Source of the DNA: Oligoflexia bacterium
GTDB lineage: Bacteria; Bdellovibrionota; Bdellovibrionia; JABDDW01
Direction: 5' to 3'
NCBI GenBank assembly: GCA_043732305.1
Contig: JAYTHU010000195.1
Coordinates: 1 to 59,063, forward strand
DNA length: 59,063 bases
Shown: positions 1 to 10,655 of the stretch, in pieces
Position numbering within the stretch: the stretch's first letter is position 1
Layout: each line of letters opens with the position of its first letter
The notes under the pieces: model-generated
Databases searched by the model: none
Told to the model about the DNA's origin: nothing
What the model saw: the letters and a program-made list of their open reading frames with translations, nothing else
Made by a program: the position numbers and the translations under genes

Positions 1-100
1 GTCCTTTCGTGTCTGTTTCATTAGTCTTTGTAACCTTATGAAATCAGATATGTTTGGACCTCTCAACTCTTAAACTTCAACTATCCCTGGGGCATGGCCA
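1..100 (-). mobile_element. Probable end of an insertion sequence interrupting the ArsC-family gene (element continues beyond the window)
   Basis: ArsC-family homology stops after YRELGI. The minus strand then reads TGGCCATGCCCCAGGGATAGTTGAAG... with short GTTGA repeats and ends in an RBS-like AAAGGAC at the window edge. No transposase is visible inside the window. Confidence 0.4.
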
Positions 101-319
101 AATGCCTAGCTCTCGGTATTGGATGCCCGACGTATTGAAAAGTTTTTTGAAAGTTCCGCCACGAGCTTCAATAAATTTTACCATCAACTTAAGTTCAGCA
201 ACTGAAGGCGGCTGTTCCACAATCGCAATGCTTTCATATTTAATTTTATTTTCATCCAAAAACTTAAGCGCATCTTTACAAGTACTACACTTGGCATATT
301 CAAAAACTTTCACACTCAT
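77..319 (-). pseudogene. ArsC/Spx/MgsR-family protein, 3'-truncated
   Basis: CSTC motif and LFNTSGIQYRELG match the family, but the C-terminal LIKRP segment is replaced by WPCPRDS*. Only 80 aa. Confidence 0.75.
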
Positions 320-323
320 TGCA

Positions 324-983
324 TCACCTCACTATTGCTAATGAAAATCCGTCATAGCCTTTATTACCTACAGTTTGAATGGCAGTGGCGTCAACACGAG
401 TGTCTGATTTTATTTTTTCAAAAAATCGTCTGATACCTCTGACTCCAGAATTTTTCGATTGAGAATCACTGACCTCTCCACCTCTAATAACATTGTCCAC
501 GACGATCAAACTGCCAGATCGAGAAAGCTTCACTGCCCATTCGAAGTATTCAAGGGTTGCCGCTTTGTCCGCATCGATGAAAACCATGTCAAAAGGTTTC
601 TGATCAGAAAGTTGCGGAAGAGTGCTTATGGCGTTGCCAACAATCACTTCTACATTTTTTGCAAATCCAGCGCTCTCAATATTTATTCGAGCAACATCGG
701 CATGCCTAGCATCTATTTCTAATGTCACAAGTTTTCCATCGGCAGGCAGCGCTTGGGCCATCCAGATGGTGCTATATCCACCGAGAGTTCCAATCTCAAG
801 AATATTTTTAGCACCCATGAGCTTTGCCAGTTGCCATAGCATCTTTCCTTGCGGCTGTGAAACTTGAATGGCCGGAAGACCAGCTTCCAAACTCAGCTGC
901 ACAGCTTTTTCTAACGCAGGATTCGCTTTGACCAAATTATTTGTGATGTACTCGTCGACCTCAGTCCATTTTTGTTGATTCAT
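324..983 (-). CDS. Class I SAM-dependent O-methyltransferase (caffeoyl-CoA OMT-like)
   Basis: ILEIGTLGGYS, FIDADK and VDNV motifs. Confidence 0.93.
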   Translation of the reverse strand: MNQQKWTEVDEYITNNLVKANPALEKAVQLSLEAGLPAIQVSQPQGKMLWQLAKLMGAKNILEIGTLGGYSTIWMAQALPADGKLVTLEIDARHADVARINIESAGFAKNVEVIVGNAISTLPQLSDQKPFDMVFIDADKAATLEYFEWAVKLSRSGSLIVVDNVIRGGEVSDSQSKNSGVRGIRRFFEKIKSDTRVDATAIQTVGNKGYDGFSLAIVR

Positions 984-1037
984 ATGAGTACGGAACTATT
1001 CTAAGTGAATAAATATGTCGACAGAAAAAAGGCTCAA

Positions 1038-1562
1038 ATGAATATCCCCGTTTTAGAAACTGATCGCCTCATCTTGCGTAGTCACACCAAAAAAGATTTC
1101 TCCGCGAGCTTGAAAATGTGGAGCGATCCAATCACCGTGAAATTTATTGGCGGAAAAGTTTCGACGAGTCAACAAACTTGGGCACGTGTTTTAAATTACG
1201 CTGGACACTGGCAATTGATGGATTTTGGTTATTGGGTGGTCGAAGAAAAATTCAGTGGGAAATTTGTGGGCGAAGTTGGTTTTGCGGATTTTAAAAGAGA
1301 AATGGAACCATCAATTGATGGTGTTCCCGAATTGGGCTGGGCTATTGCGCCAGAATTTCACGGCCAAGGTTACGCCACCGAAGCTTTGCGGTCAGTGATC
1401 AATTGGGGCGATTCTCATTTTGAAAACTCACGGACTGTTTGTATTATCAATCCTGAAAATCTGGTTTCGATAAAAGTTGCCGGTAAATGTGGATATGTCC
1501 AAAAAGATATCGCATCTTATGCCGGACAACCGGTTTTACTTTTTGAGAGAACATTAGATTAG
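1038..1562 (+). CDS. GNAT N-acetyltransferase (RimJ/RimL family)
   Basis: LETDRLILR, ELGW, GQGYATEA and N-x-x-S-x-x-VA-x-K-x-G motifs; ATG at 1038 preferred over GTG at 1005. Confidence 0.9.
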   Translation: MNIPVLETDRLILRSHTKKDFSASLKMWSDPITVKFIGGKVSTSQQTWARVLNYAGHWQLMDFGYWVVEEKFSGKFVGEVGFADFKREMEPSIDGVPELGWAIAPEFHGQGYATEALRSVINWGDSHFENSRTVCIINPENLVSIKVAGKCGYVQKDIASYAGQPVLLFERTLD

Positions 1563-1660
1563 TCAACAATACTTTTACCCAGATCCAGTTCTCGAAAGGA
1601 CGGTGATCTCTAAAAATCGCGAAGTTGCCCGCGAAAATCAAAATCGACTACACCAGACAC

Positions 1661-1683
1661 AAAAAAACCACCTGACGGTGGTT
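1661..1683 (-). terminator. Intrinsic terminator downstream of tRNA-Lys
   Basis: ACCACC-TGAC-GGTGGT hairpin with a T-run on the minus strand. Confidence 0.7.
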
Positions 1684-1725
1684 CGCAATTTTTTGGTTTT
1701 TTCGATCTTCGGATTTGGGGACAGA

Positions 1726-1801
<76 letters not shown>

Positions 1802-1868
1802 GAAGAACTCATTTCATAATATAGATTCTAAAATTTGTAATTAATTCTTTTGAAACTGATTTTAGTCG

Positions 1869-2153
1869 TTAGCCTTTGGCTAAAAGGATTTCGGCTGGAA
1901 TTTTATGGGCTTTCTGGGTATTACAGTCTTTGCACGAGACAACCACATTTCCCTTAGATGAAGTTCCACCTCTGCCGACGGGAACAATATGGTCCATGGT
2001 CAAAAGTTCTCGGCTGATTTTTTTCTCACAGTAATAGCAAATTCCCAGCCCTAACTTCTGCTTCCACCATTGCGTCTCACGGAGGTCACGGGCCTTATTG
2101 CGTTCTTTTTTAATATGAGCCGGATCGACGGCGAAGTAAGAATAATCGGTCAT
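1869..2153 (-). CDS. Small HNH endonuclease-family protein
   Basis: CYYC...TMDHIVP..RGG...GNVVVSCKDCN; ATG at 2153 preferred. Confidence 0.88.
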   Translation of the reverse strand: MTDYSYFAVDPAHIKKERNKARDLRETQWWKQKLGLGICYYCEKKISRELLTMDHIVPVGRGGTSSKGNVVVSCKDCNTQKAHKIPAEILLAKG

Positions 2154-2175
2154 TCGAAGATTAGATCTACCACAT

Positions 2176-3996
2176 TTAAACGGAATATTCACAGGCAAAA
2201 AAAGTAACGTCGTCAGCCAACATGGATTTATTTCGATATGTATTTGCGTCAGATGCGATTATTTCAATCATCTCGCGAACATCCTTCGCTCTAGTCGCCG
2301 CCAAAGTCAGAGATTTTATCATTCCGCGTTCGTCTAAGATCTGCCCTGTAGGATCCTGAATGTCAGTCAAACCATCGGTGTAAAAGAAAATTTTGTCTCC
2401 AGGGCCAATATCAATTGTGGCTTCCTCATAGCGGCTTGCCAATTCCTGGCCAAGTCTAAAACCGTCGTTATCCATGAGCAATGGGAGGAGATCCTTTTTC
2501 TTGATGGCTTCAGCATTCCTCTTGATCAAAAACGGAGCATTGTGACTGGCGTTTGAATAAGTGAGTTTGTTGGTTGCCGTATCGATGCAAGCAACAAAAA
2601 ATGTCATTTGAATGTGGCCCTTAGAAGCTTCGTAAATAGCGCGATTGAGTAGCTGCAAAAAACTACCCGGTGTTATCCCAGGACTTGTTTCGATGAGAGA
2701 GACTGCTGAGCGTGCAGCACTAGTGATGAGTGCGGCAGGAACGCCGTGTCCTGTGGCATCGCCGATGCAAACAAAGACTCTCGTGCCGAGTTGAAAGTAA
2801 TACCACCAGTCACCACCGCACTCACTTGCAGGTTCATAATAGCCACTGATTTTGATTGGACCAAGAACAGAATTCTTTTCCGGAAATAAAGTCTCTTGAA
2901 CAAGCTTTGCGGTTTCTAATTCTTTTTCCATTCGCGCTTTATCAACGTTGTCTTTCATTAGCGCTGAAATTTTTGAAGCCATGGTGCCAAAGTTTTTTGA
3001 AAGCCTACCCACCTCATCATTCGATGAACTTTCAATGTGCACATCAAAATTTCCTTGAGCAAGTTCACTGGTAGCAGCATCCAAAATTCTTAAACGAATT
3101 GTGATTTGTTTAGATGCATACACTGCGAGCAAGGCTGAGAGGGAAATGAGAACTACAAAAAATAATCCCGATTTCAAAAGTAAAACATTGATCGCACGCA
3201 AAGCAAGTTTTTTACTTATGACTGCAATGACCATTAGATTTCCCAATCCCACGCGCGCATACGACGCCAAACTGGGTTCACCCGTGAGACTCTTGGTTTC
3301 AGAAACCCCCTCAGAAATATTATCTTTATCCAAATTTTTATAAAATTCCCAACCGGAGAGATTGTTTGCGGCATTTTCTTTTTTGGAAGTCATAATGACT
3401 CCACCCGAGCCATTCACAATATAAGTTTCAAAAAGAGGTGAGCGCTTGAGGACGGTAGAAATCCCCTCCTCACGGTCCACGCAAGTTACAAAATAGCTAG
3501 CTGGATCACCTTGAATATTTATTTTCTCTGCATAAATAAAATAGTTAAAATCCGCCTCAACAATTTGAAATGCAAATCCACCTTGAGATGCAGTTTTTTG
3601 AGTTTCATTGAGAGCCGGCAATACTCCTTGATAATCTTTTTGATCGAAAGAAGATTTAGTCAACTCTCCCAATTTTTTAAATTGCTGGCCATCCCATTTG
3701 GTGACAGCTACCTGCAAAAGACTTTCGTTTTTTTCAAAAAGGGACCGAACCATATTATCAAAGGTGTTTTTATTTCTGTCAAATCCCGTGGCGTAAAGGC
3801 TCATTAGAGATTCGTGCATCTTAAGTTCACTCATGACTTGATTGGCCACGCTACGCGTATGAGAGCTACTTGATTCAAAAATGTAGGCTATCTTGTCATT
3901 CTTGAAAAGGTTTACAGCTAGGGCCAAAAAGGCACCAAGAGTCACGGCCGTAAGCATCAACATTAAAATCAAAAGCTTATAGCGAATTGACATCAA
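2176..3996 (-). CDS. Membrane-bound PP2C/SpoIIE-family phosphatase with extracytoplasmic sensor and HAMP domains
   Basis: Two TM helices, HAMP (DEVGRL), GGDWW, IGDATGHG, YTDG and DDVT motifs. Confidence 0.92.
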   Translation of the reverse strand: MMSIRYKLLILMLMLTAVTLGAFLALAVNLFKNDKIAYIFESSSSHTRSVANQVMSELKMHESLMSLYATGFDRNKNTFDNMVRSLFEKNESLLQVAVTKWDGQQFKKLGELTKSSFDQKDYQGVLPALNETQKTASQGGFAFQIVEADFNYFIYAEKINIQGDPASYFVTCVDREEGISTVLKRSPLFETYIVNGSGGVIMTSKKENAANNLSGWEFYKNLDKDNISEGVSETKSLTGEPSLASYARVGLGNLMVIAVISKKLALRAINVLLLKSGLFFVVLISLSALLAVYASKQITIRLRILDAATSELAQGNFDVHIESSSNDEVGRLSKNFGTMASKISALMKDNVDKARMEKELETAKLVQETLFPEKNSVLGPIKISGYYEPASECGGDWWYYFQLGTRVFVCIGDATGHGVPAALITSAARSAVSLIETSPGITPGSFLQLLNRAIYEASKGHIQMTFFVACIDTATNKLTYSNASHNAPFLIKRNAEAIKKKDLLPLLMDNDGFRLGQELASRYEEATIDIGPGDKIFFYTDGLTDIQDPTGQILDERGMIKSLTLAATRAKDVREMIEIIASDANTYRNKSMLADDVTFFACEYSV

Positions 3997-4072
3997 ATCC
4001 CCGATAGAAGTTTGTAATAGGGCACTTTCTATTTTATCATCTGTTTCATATTAAAAACAACGCGACCAAAGG

Positions 4073-5404
4073 TTGGCCTTCATGAATTACCCACACTGGA
4101 AACGTCCTGACCTAGACATTACTCCAAGGAAAACTTTCCTTCACGCTGCAGTTTGGTTGTCCGCGGGACTAGTTGGGGTTCTCGCTGTTTTATACGCCCG
4201 ACTGATTTCTGCTTTGCAAGGGCACTTCTTTAGTTTATTTCACAGCTCTAAACAAAACATGTTAATTGTCTCGGCAAGTGGACCATTTTTGTTTGTCGCC
4301 GCCACATGGCTAGTTAAAAAATTCGCGCCAAATGCCAAAGGCAGTGGAATTCCTCAGGTTCTTGCAGCGATTGATCAAGCCAAAGAAGCAAATCTCCATC
4401 CGAAGGTTGAGGGAAGAGAGGTTGCTTGGCAAAGTTCACTTATTTCTATTCGTACCGCAGTGGTGAAGGTGCTTTCATCATCCGTGGGCATTTTAGCAGG
4501 AGCTTCCATTGGACGAGAGGGACCAACTGTACAAATTGCAGCATCCGGGTTTGCTTGGATTGGTCATCGAATCAGAAAATATGCACCTGAAATTGATTTC
4601 CAATCTTTTCTTGTAGCCGGAGGCGCAGCGGGTGTTGCGGCGGCATTTAACACTCCCATCGCTGGAATCACATTTGCTCTAGAAGAAATCGCCGATGGAA
4701 TTTTTGGACCATTCAGACAATTGGTCATGTTGGCCGTAATCATTGCTGGAGTTATAGCCCAAGGCTTGAGCGGAAATTATCTTTATTTTGGAGCCCCGGT
4801 TTTAGCAAAAACTTCCATTATGCTTTTGTTATCCGAAGCAGTTTTAATCGGTCTTATCTCAGGATTTTTCGGCGGACTTTTTGCGAGGTGCCTGGCCTAT
4901 CCCGATTTTTTTCGACTTCCAAAAAGCTGGGTAGCACGTGCATTTTTAGTAGGACTTATTTGTTCGGCGATTGGTTACTTCACAGATGGTGACACCTCCG
5001 GCTCTGGTTACGAAGTCACTCGGCACGCCTTAGAAAGTTCAAGTGTGGACACTGTGAGTTTGTCATTTCCGATTTTAAAATTTGCAACATCCGTGCTTTC
5101 GTATCTCTCAGGAATGGCCGGCGGTATTTTTTCTCCAAGTTTATCCATTGGAGCTGGCATTGGAATGGGCATCGCAAAACTTGCACACTTCGTGAACTTC
5201 AAAGCCTGTGCGCTTTTAGGGATGGTTGCTTTTTTCTCCGGAGCCATTCGCGCACCTCTCACTGGAGTGATCATCGTGATGGAAATGACTAACGAACACG
5301 AACTAATTTTACCATTTCTCATTGCGGCTTATATCGCACAGTCTGTCGGCCGGCGTGTGATGCCGATTCCACTGTATCATTTTCTGGCAAAAAAGCAGAG
5401 CTAG
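4073..5404 (+). CDS. ClC-family Cl-/H+ antiporter (canonical type)
   Basis: GSGIP, GREGP and GIFSP signatures. Confidence 0.92.
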   Translation: MAFMNYPHWKRPDLDITPRKTFLHAAVWLSAGLVGVLAVLYARLISALQGHFFSLFHSSKQNMLIVSASGPFLFVAATWLVKKFAPNAKGSGIPQVLAAIDQAKEANLHPKVEGREVAWQSSLISIRTAVVKVLSSSVGILAGASIGREGPTVQIAASGFAWIGHRIRKYAPEIDFQSFLVAGGAAGVAAAFNTPIAGITFALEEIADGIFGPFRQLVMLAVIIAGVIAQGLSGNYLYFGAPVLAKTSIMLLLSEAVLIGLISGFFGGLFARCLAYPDFFRLPKSWVARAFLVGLICSAIGYFTDGDTSGSGYEVTRHALESSSVDTVSLSFPILKFATSVLSYLSGMAGGIFSPSLSIGAGIGMGIAKLAHFVNFKACALLGMVAFFSGAIRAPLTGVIIVMEMTNEHELILPFLIAAYIAQSVGRRVMPIPLYHFLAKKQS

Positions 5405-6480
5405 TCAGGGCGGGCGAGAGAGGCGATTTTTTTCTCAAGCTCAGCTACTCGTTTGCGAAGATCACCCGCGGATCTAACCACTGCAGTGTTTTTCATATAC
5501 TCCGCCAATGGTTGCACCGGCGATCCGGCGTATGCACCGGCGACGGTGATATCTTTATTCACGCCGGCTCTTTGCACTAAAACTGTGTTGTCGCAAATGG
5601 AGACGTGATCCAATATTCCCGTTTGACCACTAGTGATCACACGATTACCAATTTTTGTGGAGCCCGCCACACAGAGCATCGCGGTAAGTAAACAGTCTTC
5701 GCCAATATCCACGTTGTGAGCGATGTGACAAAGATTATCTATCTTTGTTCCTGCTCCAATGCGCGTGACTCGATAGGCAGCCCGATCGACGCAATTGTTT
5801 GCTCCCAATCGAACACGATCTTCTAAAACCACAATCCCAGTCTGGGGAATGAAATGACTTTTTCCATTTCCATCTTGCGCGAAACTATAGCCTTCAGATC
5901 CAATAATAGTTCCAGATCCCACGCTCACTTCATTTCCTAATTGGCAACCGTATCCAATCAGAGCCAATGGGTGAATCAGGCAATCATTTCCCATTTGCAC
6001 GTCATTTTCGATGATTGCACCGGCCATGATTCGACAATTTTTTCCGATTTCGACATTCTTTCCAATCACCACGCGAGGCTCAATAACAGATCCCACGCCG
6101 ATTTTTGCAGTGATATCAACGACGGCAGAGCTATGAATATTCTCCCACCCAGAGGCGGCAAAATCTCTAGCCGCATATTTTTTCTTTATTAATGCATGAG
6201 CTAAGCTCACGTTTGGTGCGATCAAAATAGCGAGATCGGCAATTTCTGAAAACTCTTCCTTCAATGGTTTTGAGGTGACTACTGCTGAAGGTTTTCTTGT
6301 TTTTACAATTTCAACATAATTTTTTTTATCTACAAAAACTAAATCACCAGGGCCACTATCTTCAACCGCAGAAATTCTCTTGATGATTGGGTTTTTACTG
6401 TCGGTGAAATCGCTTATAATGCCCGCTGGGCTGAAGTCTGCGGAGATCTCTGAAACTGTAAGTTGCTGTTTAATATTAAT
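5401..6480 (-). CDS. lpxD: UDP-3-O-acyl-glucosamine N-acyltransferase (359 aa if started at ATT 6480)
   Basis: Hexapeptide repeats, [11 protein letters not shown] and [12 protein letters not shown] motifs. The frame stays open upstream of the tracked TTG 6264 through the N-terminal domain (GPGDLVFV) to ATT 6480, which follows SD GAGGTG. Confidence 0.9.
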   Translation of the reverse strand: MNIKQQLTVSEISADFSPAGIISDFTDSKNPIIKRISAVEDSGPGDLVFVDKKNYVEIVKTRKPSAVVTSKPLKEEFSEIADLAILIAPNVSLAHALIKKKYAARDFAASGWENIHSSAVVDITAKIGVGSVIEPRVVIGKNVEIGKNCRIMAGAIIENDVQMGNDCLIHPLALIGYGCQLGNEVSVGSGTIIGSEGYSFAQDGNGKSHFIPQTGIVVLEDRVRLGANNCVDRAAYRVTRIGAGTKIDNLCHIAHNVDIGEDCLLTAMLCVAGSTKIGNRVITSGQTGILDHVSICDNTVLVQRAGVNKDITVAGAYAGSPVQPLAEYMKNTAVVRSAGDLRKRVAELEKKIASLARPD

Positions 6481-6573
6481 GATTCACCTCTGTTTTTAGG
6501 TAGCGTAACGCACACCATTTAAAATATAGTGAAATTATAGTAATACATAATCAAATGACAACGCTGTAATTAT

Positions 6574-7713
6574 ATGGAGACGCGTTTGGACAATGATAAA
6601 ATTTCTAGTTCAGAAACTATGAGATCAGAGGAAATCACATCTCCCCTTATTGCCCCATCTGCTGAGCAAGAACTTAACGGGATTGGTTTCTATAGCCAAG
6701 TTTTAGGAAATGAATTAGGCCCCGAGGTTTTCACATCCAAGCCTCTTCGACTAGGTTGGTATGTTTTTTGTGCCGTAGGATCCCTCGCATCCTTCCTTGC
6801 TATCGTCAAACTTCCCATGATTTGGCCTTTGAAACTTCTGCTCGGACTGCTTCTCGGTTTTTTTAACGGAACCATGGCCTTTGTTTCCCACGAACTTTTT
6901 CATGGCGCCATCATCAAAAATCAAAGAATGCAAAGCATCCTCGGATTCTTTGGTGCAATCCCTTTTTTCATCTCCCCTACTTTCTGGAGATATTGGCACA
7001 ACCGTCTTCATCACGGTCGCACCCAACAATTGATTCGTGACCCAGATGCTTTTCCCAATATGAAAATTTATAAGAGCAGTACCTTTATGAAACGAATGTA
7101 CCCTTACACTCCTGGTTCGGGACACATCAGAAGTTTCACGTACTTTTTCTTTTGGTTTTCATTTCATAATTTTGTGGCGCAGACTTACTTGCGATTTAGA
7201 AACAGAATTTTTGAGTCTCTCGATCAAAAACAAGTGACTTTGGAATTTCTAGGTCAAGTTGCTATTGCGGCTGCTTTTTTAGCCTATGCCGGTCCCCACA
7301 ATTGGTTATGGGTTTTAGTTATTCCATTGTTCGTTCAAAATTATTTACTGATGAGTTACATTTCAACAAACCATAACCTCAGTCCGCTCACCAATACCAA
7401 TGATCCGTTAGTTAACTCTTTGACAGTGACAAACCATCCTGTATTGGAATTTTTAAACTTAAATTTCGGGTACCATGTGGAACATCACATTTATCCTGGA
7501 ATTGCTGGGAGCCAACTTAAAAAAGTTCACCATGCGTTGAAAAAGAACTTTCCAGAAAAATTCCAGTCCATGCCCAAGTGGAAAGCAATGCATTCCCTGT
7601 ATAAAACATCGAGAATATATTTAAATTCCCGAACTCTTGTTCATCCGAAAACACAGAAAACACATCCTACAATCGGATGGCAGAAAGATAAGCCATCGAC
7701 TGCCAAGAATTGA
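6574..7713 (+). CDS. Membrane fatty acid desaturase
   Basis: Three His boxes (HELFH, HNRLHH, HVEHH) and TM segments. Confidence 0.9.
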   Translation: METRLDNDKISSSETMRSEEITSPLIAPSAEQELNGIGFYSQVLGNELGPEVFTSKPLRLGWYVFCAVGSLASFLAIVKLPMIWPLKLLLGLLLGFFNGTMAFVSHELFHGAIIKNQRMQSILGFFGAIPFFISPTFWRYWHNRLHHGRTQQLIRDPDAFPNMKIYKSSTFMKRMYPYTPGSGHIRSFTYFFFWFSFHNFVAQTYLRFRNRIFESLDQKQVTLEFLGQVAIAAAFLAYAGPHNWLWVLVIPLFVQNYLLMSYISTNHNLSPLTNTNDPLVNSLTVTNHPVLEFLNLNFGYHVEHHIYPGIAGSQLKKVHHALKKNFPEKFQSMPKWKAMHSLYKTSRIYLNSRTLVHPKTQKTHPTIGWQKDKPSTAKN

Positions 7714-7734
7714 TTTAAGTCCGCAACTGCGGAT

Positions 7735-8160
7735 TTAAATCAATTTCAATGTCACGTTCACATTGCCTCGAGTAGCATTTGAATACGGACAAACGTGATG
7801 AGCTTTATCAATAAGATCTAAAGCACTTTTGTTTTCCATCCCAGGGATAGAAATTTGCAATTCGACTTCGATGCCAAATCCTCCAGGAATCGCCCCAATA
7901 CCGACAATGCCAGTGATAGAAGTCTCAGCGGGTAAAGTGACTTTCTCTTTAGCAGCAACTGCCTTCATTGCGCCTAAGAAACAAGCTGAGTATCCTGCGG
8001 CAAAAAGTTGCTCGGGGTTCGTGCCGCCTCCACCAGCTCCACCTAATTCCTTGGGTGTGCTCAATTTAATATTAATAACTCCATCTGCAGAAACTGATTT
8101 TCCTTCCCTGCCGCCAGTTGATTTAGATGAGGCGCGAAACAATACTTTTTCAATTTTCAT
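7735..8160 (-). CDS. ohr: Organic hydroperoxide resistance protein
   Basis: GGREG, TNPEQLFAAGYSACF and VCPYSNATRGN motifs. Confidence 0.96.
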   Translation of the reverse strand: MKIEKVLFRASSKSTGGREGKSVSADGVINIKLSTPKELGGAGGGGTNPEQLFAAGYSACFLGAMKAVAAKEKVTLPAETSITGIVGIGAIPGGFGIEVELQISIPGMENKSALDLIDKAHHVCPYSNATRGNVNVTLKLI

Positions 8161-8391
8161 AATGCTCTCCTTTAAAGTTTTTAGGAATAGAATCGACTAA
8201 TTTTTAATTCTGATGTACACCTTTAAACTTAGGACTCAAACGTCACTTCCTACCGCTTAAGTCGTGTAATAACACCAGGTTTGTATTTTACGTAACCAAT
8301 ATTCCTAAGTAAAATTAATTATATAACAAACTTTAGCGCAGCCCGTCATTGTGTGTTATATTCGCAACACAAAAACAGAAAAGAGTTTAAA

Positions 8392-10002
8392 TTGAATACA
8401 TTTGAAGAATTAGATCTTAATGCAAATATCAAACGTGCAATCACGGACCTTGGCTATGTCACGCCGAGTCCAATTCAAGCATTGGCTTACCCGATCCTGT
8501 TGGCAGAACCAACAGACTTTATCGGACTAGCGGCAACTGGAACTGGTAAAACAGCCGCCTTCGGTATTCCACTTCTAAATCGCGTTGAACCCGCGATCCG
8601 AGACGTGCAAGGACTCATCCTCTGCCCTACACGTGAATTGGCGCTTCAAGTGTCCAAACAAATCGATCTCATGGGTAAATACATCGGAGTCAAGTCTGTC
8701 GCAATTTACGGGGGAGCCAGCTACGGCGATCAAATCCGTGGATTGAAACAAGGCGCATCCATTGTTGTCGCAACTCCGGGTCGATTAGTCGATCACGTGA
8801 CTCGTGGTACTTTGAACCTCAAAAAAGTTCACACTGTTATTTTAGATGAGGCCGATGAAATGATCTCCATGGGTTTCAAAGATGATTTGGAAACCATTCT
8901 TAAATCAGCTCCTCGCGAAACCAGCAAAATCTGGCTTTTCTCCGCAACAATGAGTTCAGAAGTAAGACGTGTTGCTGACAAATATCTTCGTACACCTAAA
9001 GTTATTCAGGTCAATCGCACCGAAGTTTTATCGGCAACTGTTGAACAGCTTTACTACGCGACACGTGAATCCAACAAACCTGACATTCTTTGCAAAATCA
9101 TTGATGCTGCTGAAGATTTCTACGGACTTGTTTTCTGCCAGACAAAAGCACTGGTGGTCGACTTGACCTCTTATTTGTCTGAACGCGGCTACAAAGTTGA
9201 TAATCTTCACGGTGATAAAGATCAAAGATCTCGCGAAGCCACAACTCAAGCGTTCCGCGATCGTCGTGTGCAAATTTTAATTTGTACTGACGTTGCCTCA
9301 CGCGGACTTGACGTCAAAGATGTCAGTCACGTCATCAACTATTCTATCCCTCGCGAGCTGGATAGTTACGTTCACCGTATTGGCCGAACTGCTCGTAGCG
9401 GTAAAAAGGGAACTGCAATCAGCTTGGTGACACCAAGCCACAGACATCTCATTGGTCGTCTCGAAACCATGACTAAGAGTAAAATTAAAGAAGGCATTCT
9501 CCCCACTCGCAAAGACATCGGATCTAAAAAAGTTACCGCTGTCTTAGACAAGTTCAACAATCAAGGCGCTTTCAGTAAGGCCATGGAATTGTTAGACCAG
9601 AGCTGGAAAGAATCTCTAGCCAAAATGACTGCAGAAGAAGTGGCCTCACGTTTTTTAATGATGAATTTCCCTGATCTTTTCGCTGCCGAAGGCGATAGAG
9701 ACAGAGTGACGCTTGGCCAAAGCGGAATGAACGGAATGCCTGGAGCTCCCCGTGGTGAACAACGCGAATCTCGCGGTGGTTACGGCGGCGGAAGTCGCGG
9801 TGGATTCGGCGGAGGCAATGGTGGATCACGCGGAAGTTATGCCGGTGGATCATCACGAGGACCTCGTGGTGGAAACGGCGATGTAGATCACAAACAGAAA
9901 AAAACACCACCTTGGAAACGTACTAGCTATGCTAGCAGTTCATCAGGTGGTGCTGGGGGTCCAAGCCGAGGCGGTTTCAGTCGCCCCAAGAGACAAGACT
10001 AA
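8392..10002 (+). CDS. DEAD-box RNA helicase (DeaD/CshA-like) with RGG-rich C-terminal tail
   Basis: Q motif, ATGTGKT, PTRELA, DEAD, SAT and HRIGRTAR; start uncertain (TTG 8392 or GTG 8353). Confidence 0.95.
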   Translation: MNTFEELDLNANIKRAITDLGYVTPSPIQALAYPILLAEPTDFIGLAATGTGKTAAFGIPLLNRVEPAIRDVQGLILCPTRELALQVSKQIDLMGKYIGVKSVAIYGGASYGDQIRGLKQGASIVVATPGRLVDHVTRGTLNLKKVHTVILDEADEMISMGFKDDLETILKSAPRETSKIWLFSATMSSEVRRVADKYLRTPKVIQVNRTEVLSATVEQLYYATRESNKPDILCKIIDAAEDFYGLVFCQTKALVVDLTSYLSERGYKVDNLHGDKDQRSREATTQAFRDRRVQILICTDVASRGLDVKDVSHVINYSIPRELDSYVHRIGRTARSGKKGTAISLVTPSHRHLIGRLETMTKSKIKEGILPTRKDIGSKKVTAVLDKFNNQGAFSKAMELLDQSWKESLAKMTAEEVASRFLMMNFPDLFAAEGDRDRVTLGQSGMNGMPGAPRGEQRESRGGYGGGSRGGFGGGNGGSRGSYAGGSSRGPRGGNGDVDHKQKKTPPWKRTSYASSSSGGAGGPSRGGFSRPKRQD

Positions 10003-10260
10003 TTAATTAGCTTTCTCTTTGAGATCGTCAACTTTGTTTTCAATTCCATGCCTAGCTCTCTTACCGGCGCACCGAATTTTTCCGTCAACGGTTTCACAAC
10101 CTTTGTCGGAAAGTTCACGGCCGGTTTTTTTTACCGCATTGACACTTTTTTTAGTGGCATGATTAATGTCATCTCCGACTGTCTCCTCAGCGCATACTGC
10201 ATTTGCTAAACCAACAAAAGCTATCAAGCTTGCAACGCTAGCGAGTTTAACGACTTTCAT
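10003..10260 (-). CDS. Small secreted hypothetical protein (two Cys in the mature part)
   Basis: Signal-peptide-like N-terminus; its start overlaps the stop of the DUF1328 gene (TAATG). Confidence 0.75.
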   Translation of the reverse strand: MKVVKLASVASLIAFVGLANAVCAEETVGDDINHATKKSVNAVKKTGRELSDKGCETVDGKIRCAGKRARHGIENKVDDLKEKAN

Positions 10261-10445
10261 TAGGACAATCCTCGTGGAGCGCCGCGGCCCGTAATTAAAT
10301 GAGCAGTTAAAGAAATAGCTCCCAATATGAGGAACGCAAAAATCAGAATGCGACCAATTTCCATAGACAAACCGGCAATTCCAGCTGCACCTAGGAAATA
10401 AGCCACAAGAGCTAAAACAAAAAACATTATTGCTGCGCGTAACAT
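10260..10445 (-). CDS. DUF1328/UPF0391 (YtjA-like) small membrane protein
   Basis: MLRAAIMFFVLALVAYFLG..GIAG....IGRIL pattern; SD GGAGG. Confidence 0.9.
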   Translation of the reverse strand: MLRAAIMFFVLALVAYFLGAAGIAGLSMEIGRILIFAFLILGAISLTAHLITGRGAPRGLS

Positions 10446-10513
10446 GTAACCTCCAAAAAAGTGTTATTTACTAATGTGACCTTCAAATGACGACCACTCA
10501 TGTATTGTCATAA

Positions 10514-10529
10514 AGCAATAGCGAGACCA
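10514..10529 (-). promoter_or_regulatory. Sigma-54 -24/-12 promoter for the DUF1328 operon
   Basis: TGGTCTCGCTATTGCT (GG-N10-GC), correctly oriented, about 70 bp before the ATG. Confidence 0.7.
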
Positions 10530-10655
10530 AAAGTGTCTTGTGTCTAATTTGGATATGACTATGAAAAATGCCGCCACTCGGGTAAAAAAAGAACGTTTTC
10601 TTGTGTATAAAACGAACTTATGTTATTGCTATTTTCAGAAGAAAAAGGAGACCTC

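Noticed and set aside
9770..9870. Repeated TCGCGGTGG-like units
   Set aside because: They encode the SRGG/RGG low-complexity tail of the DEAD-box helicase; not a CRISPR or other DNA-level repeat
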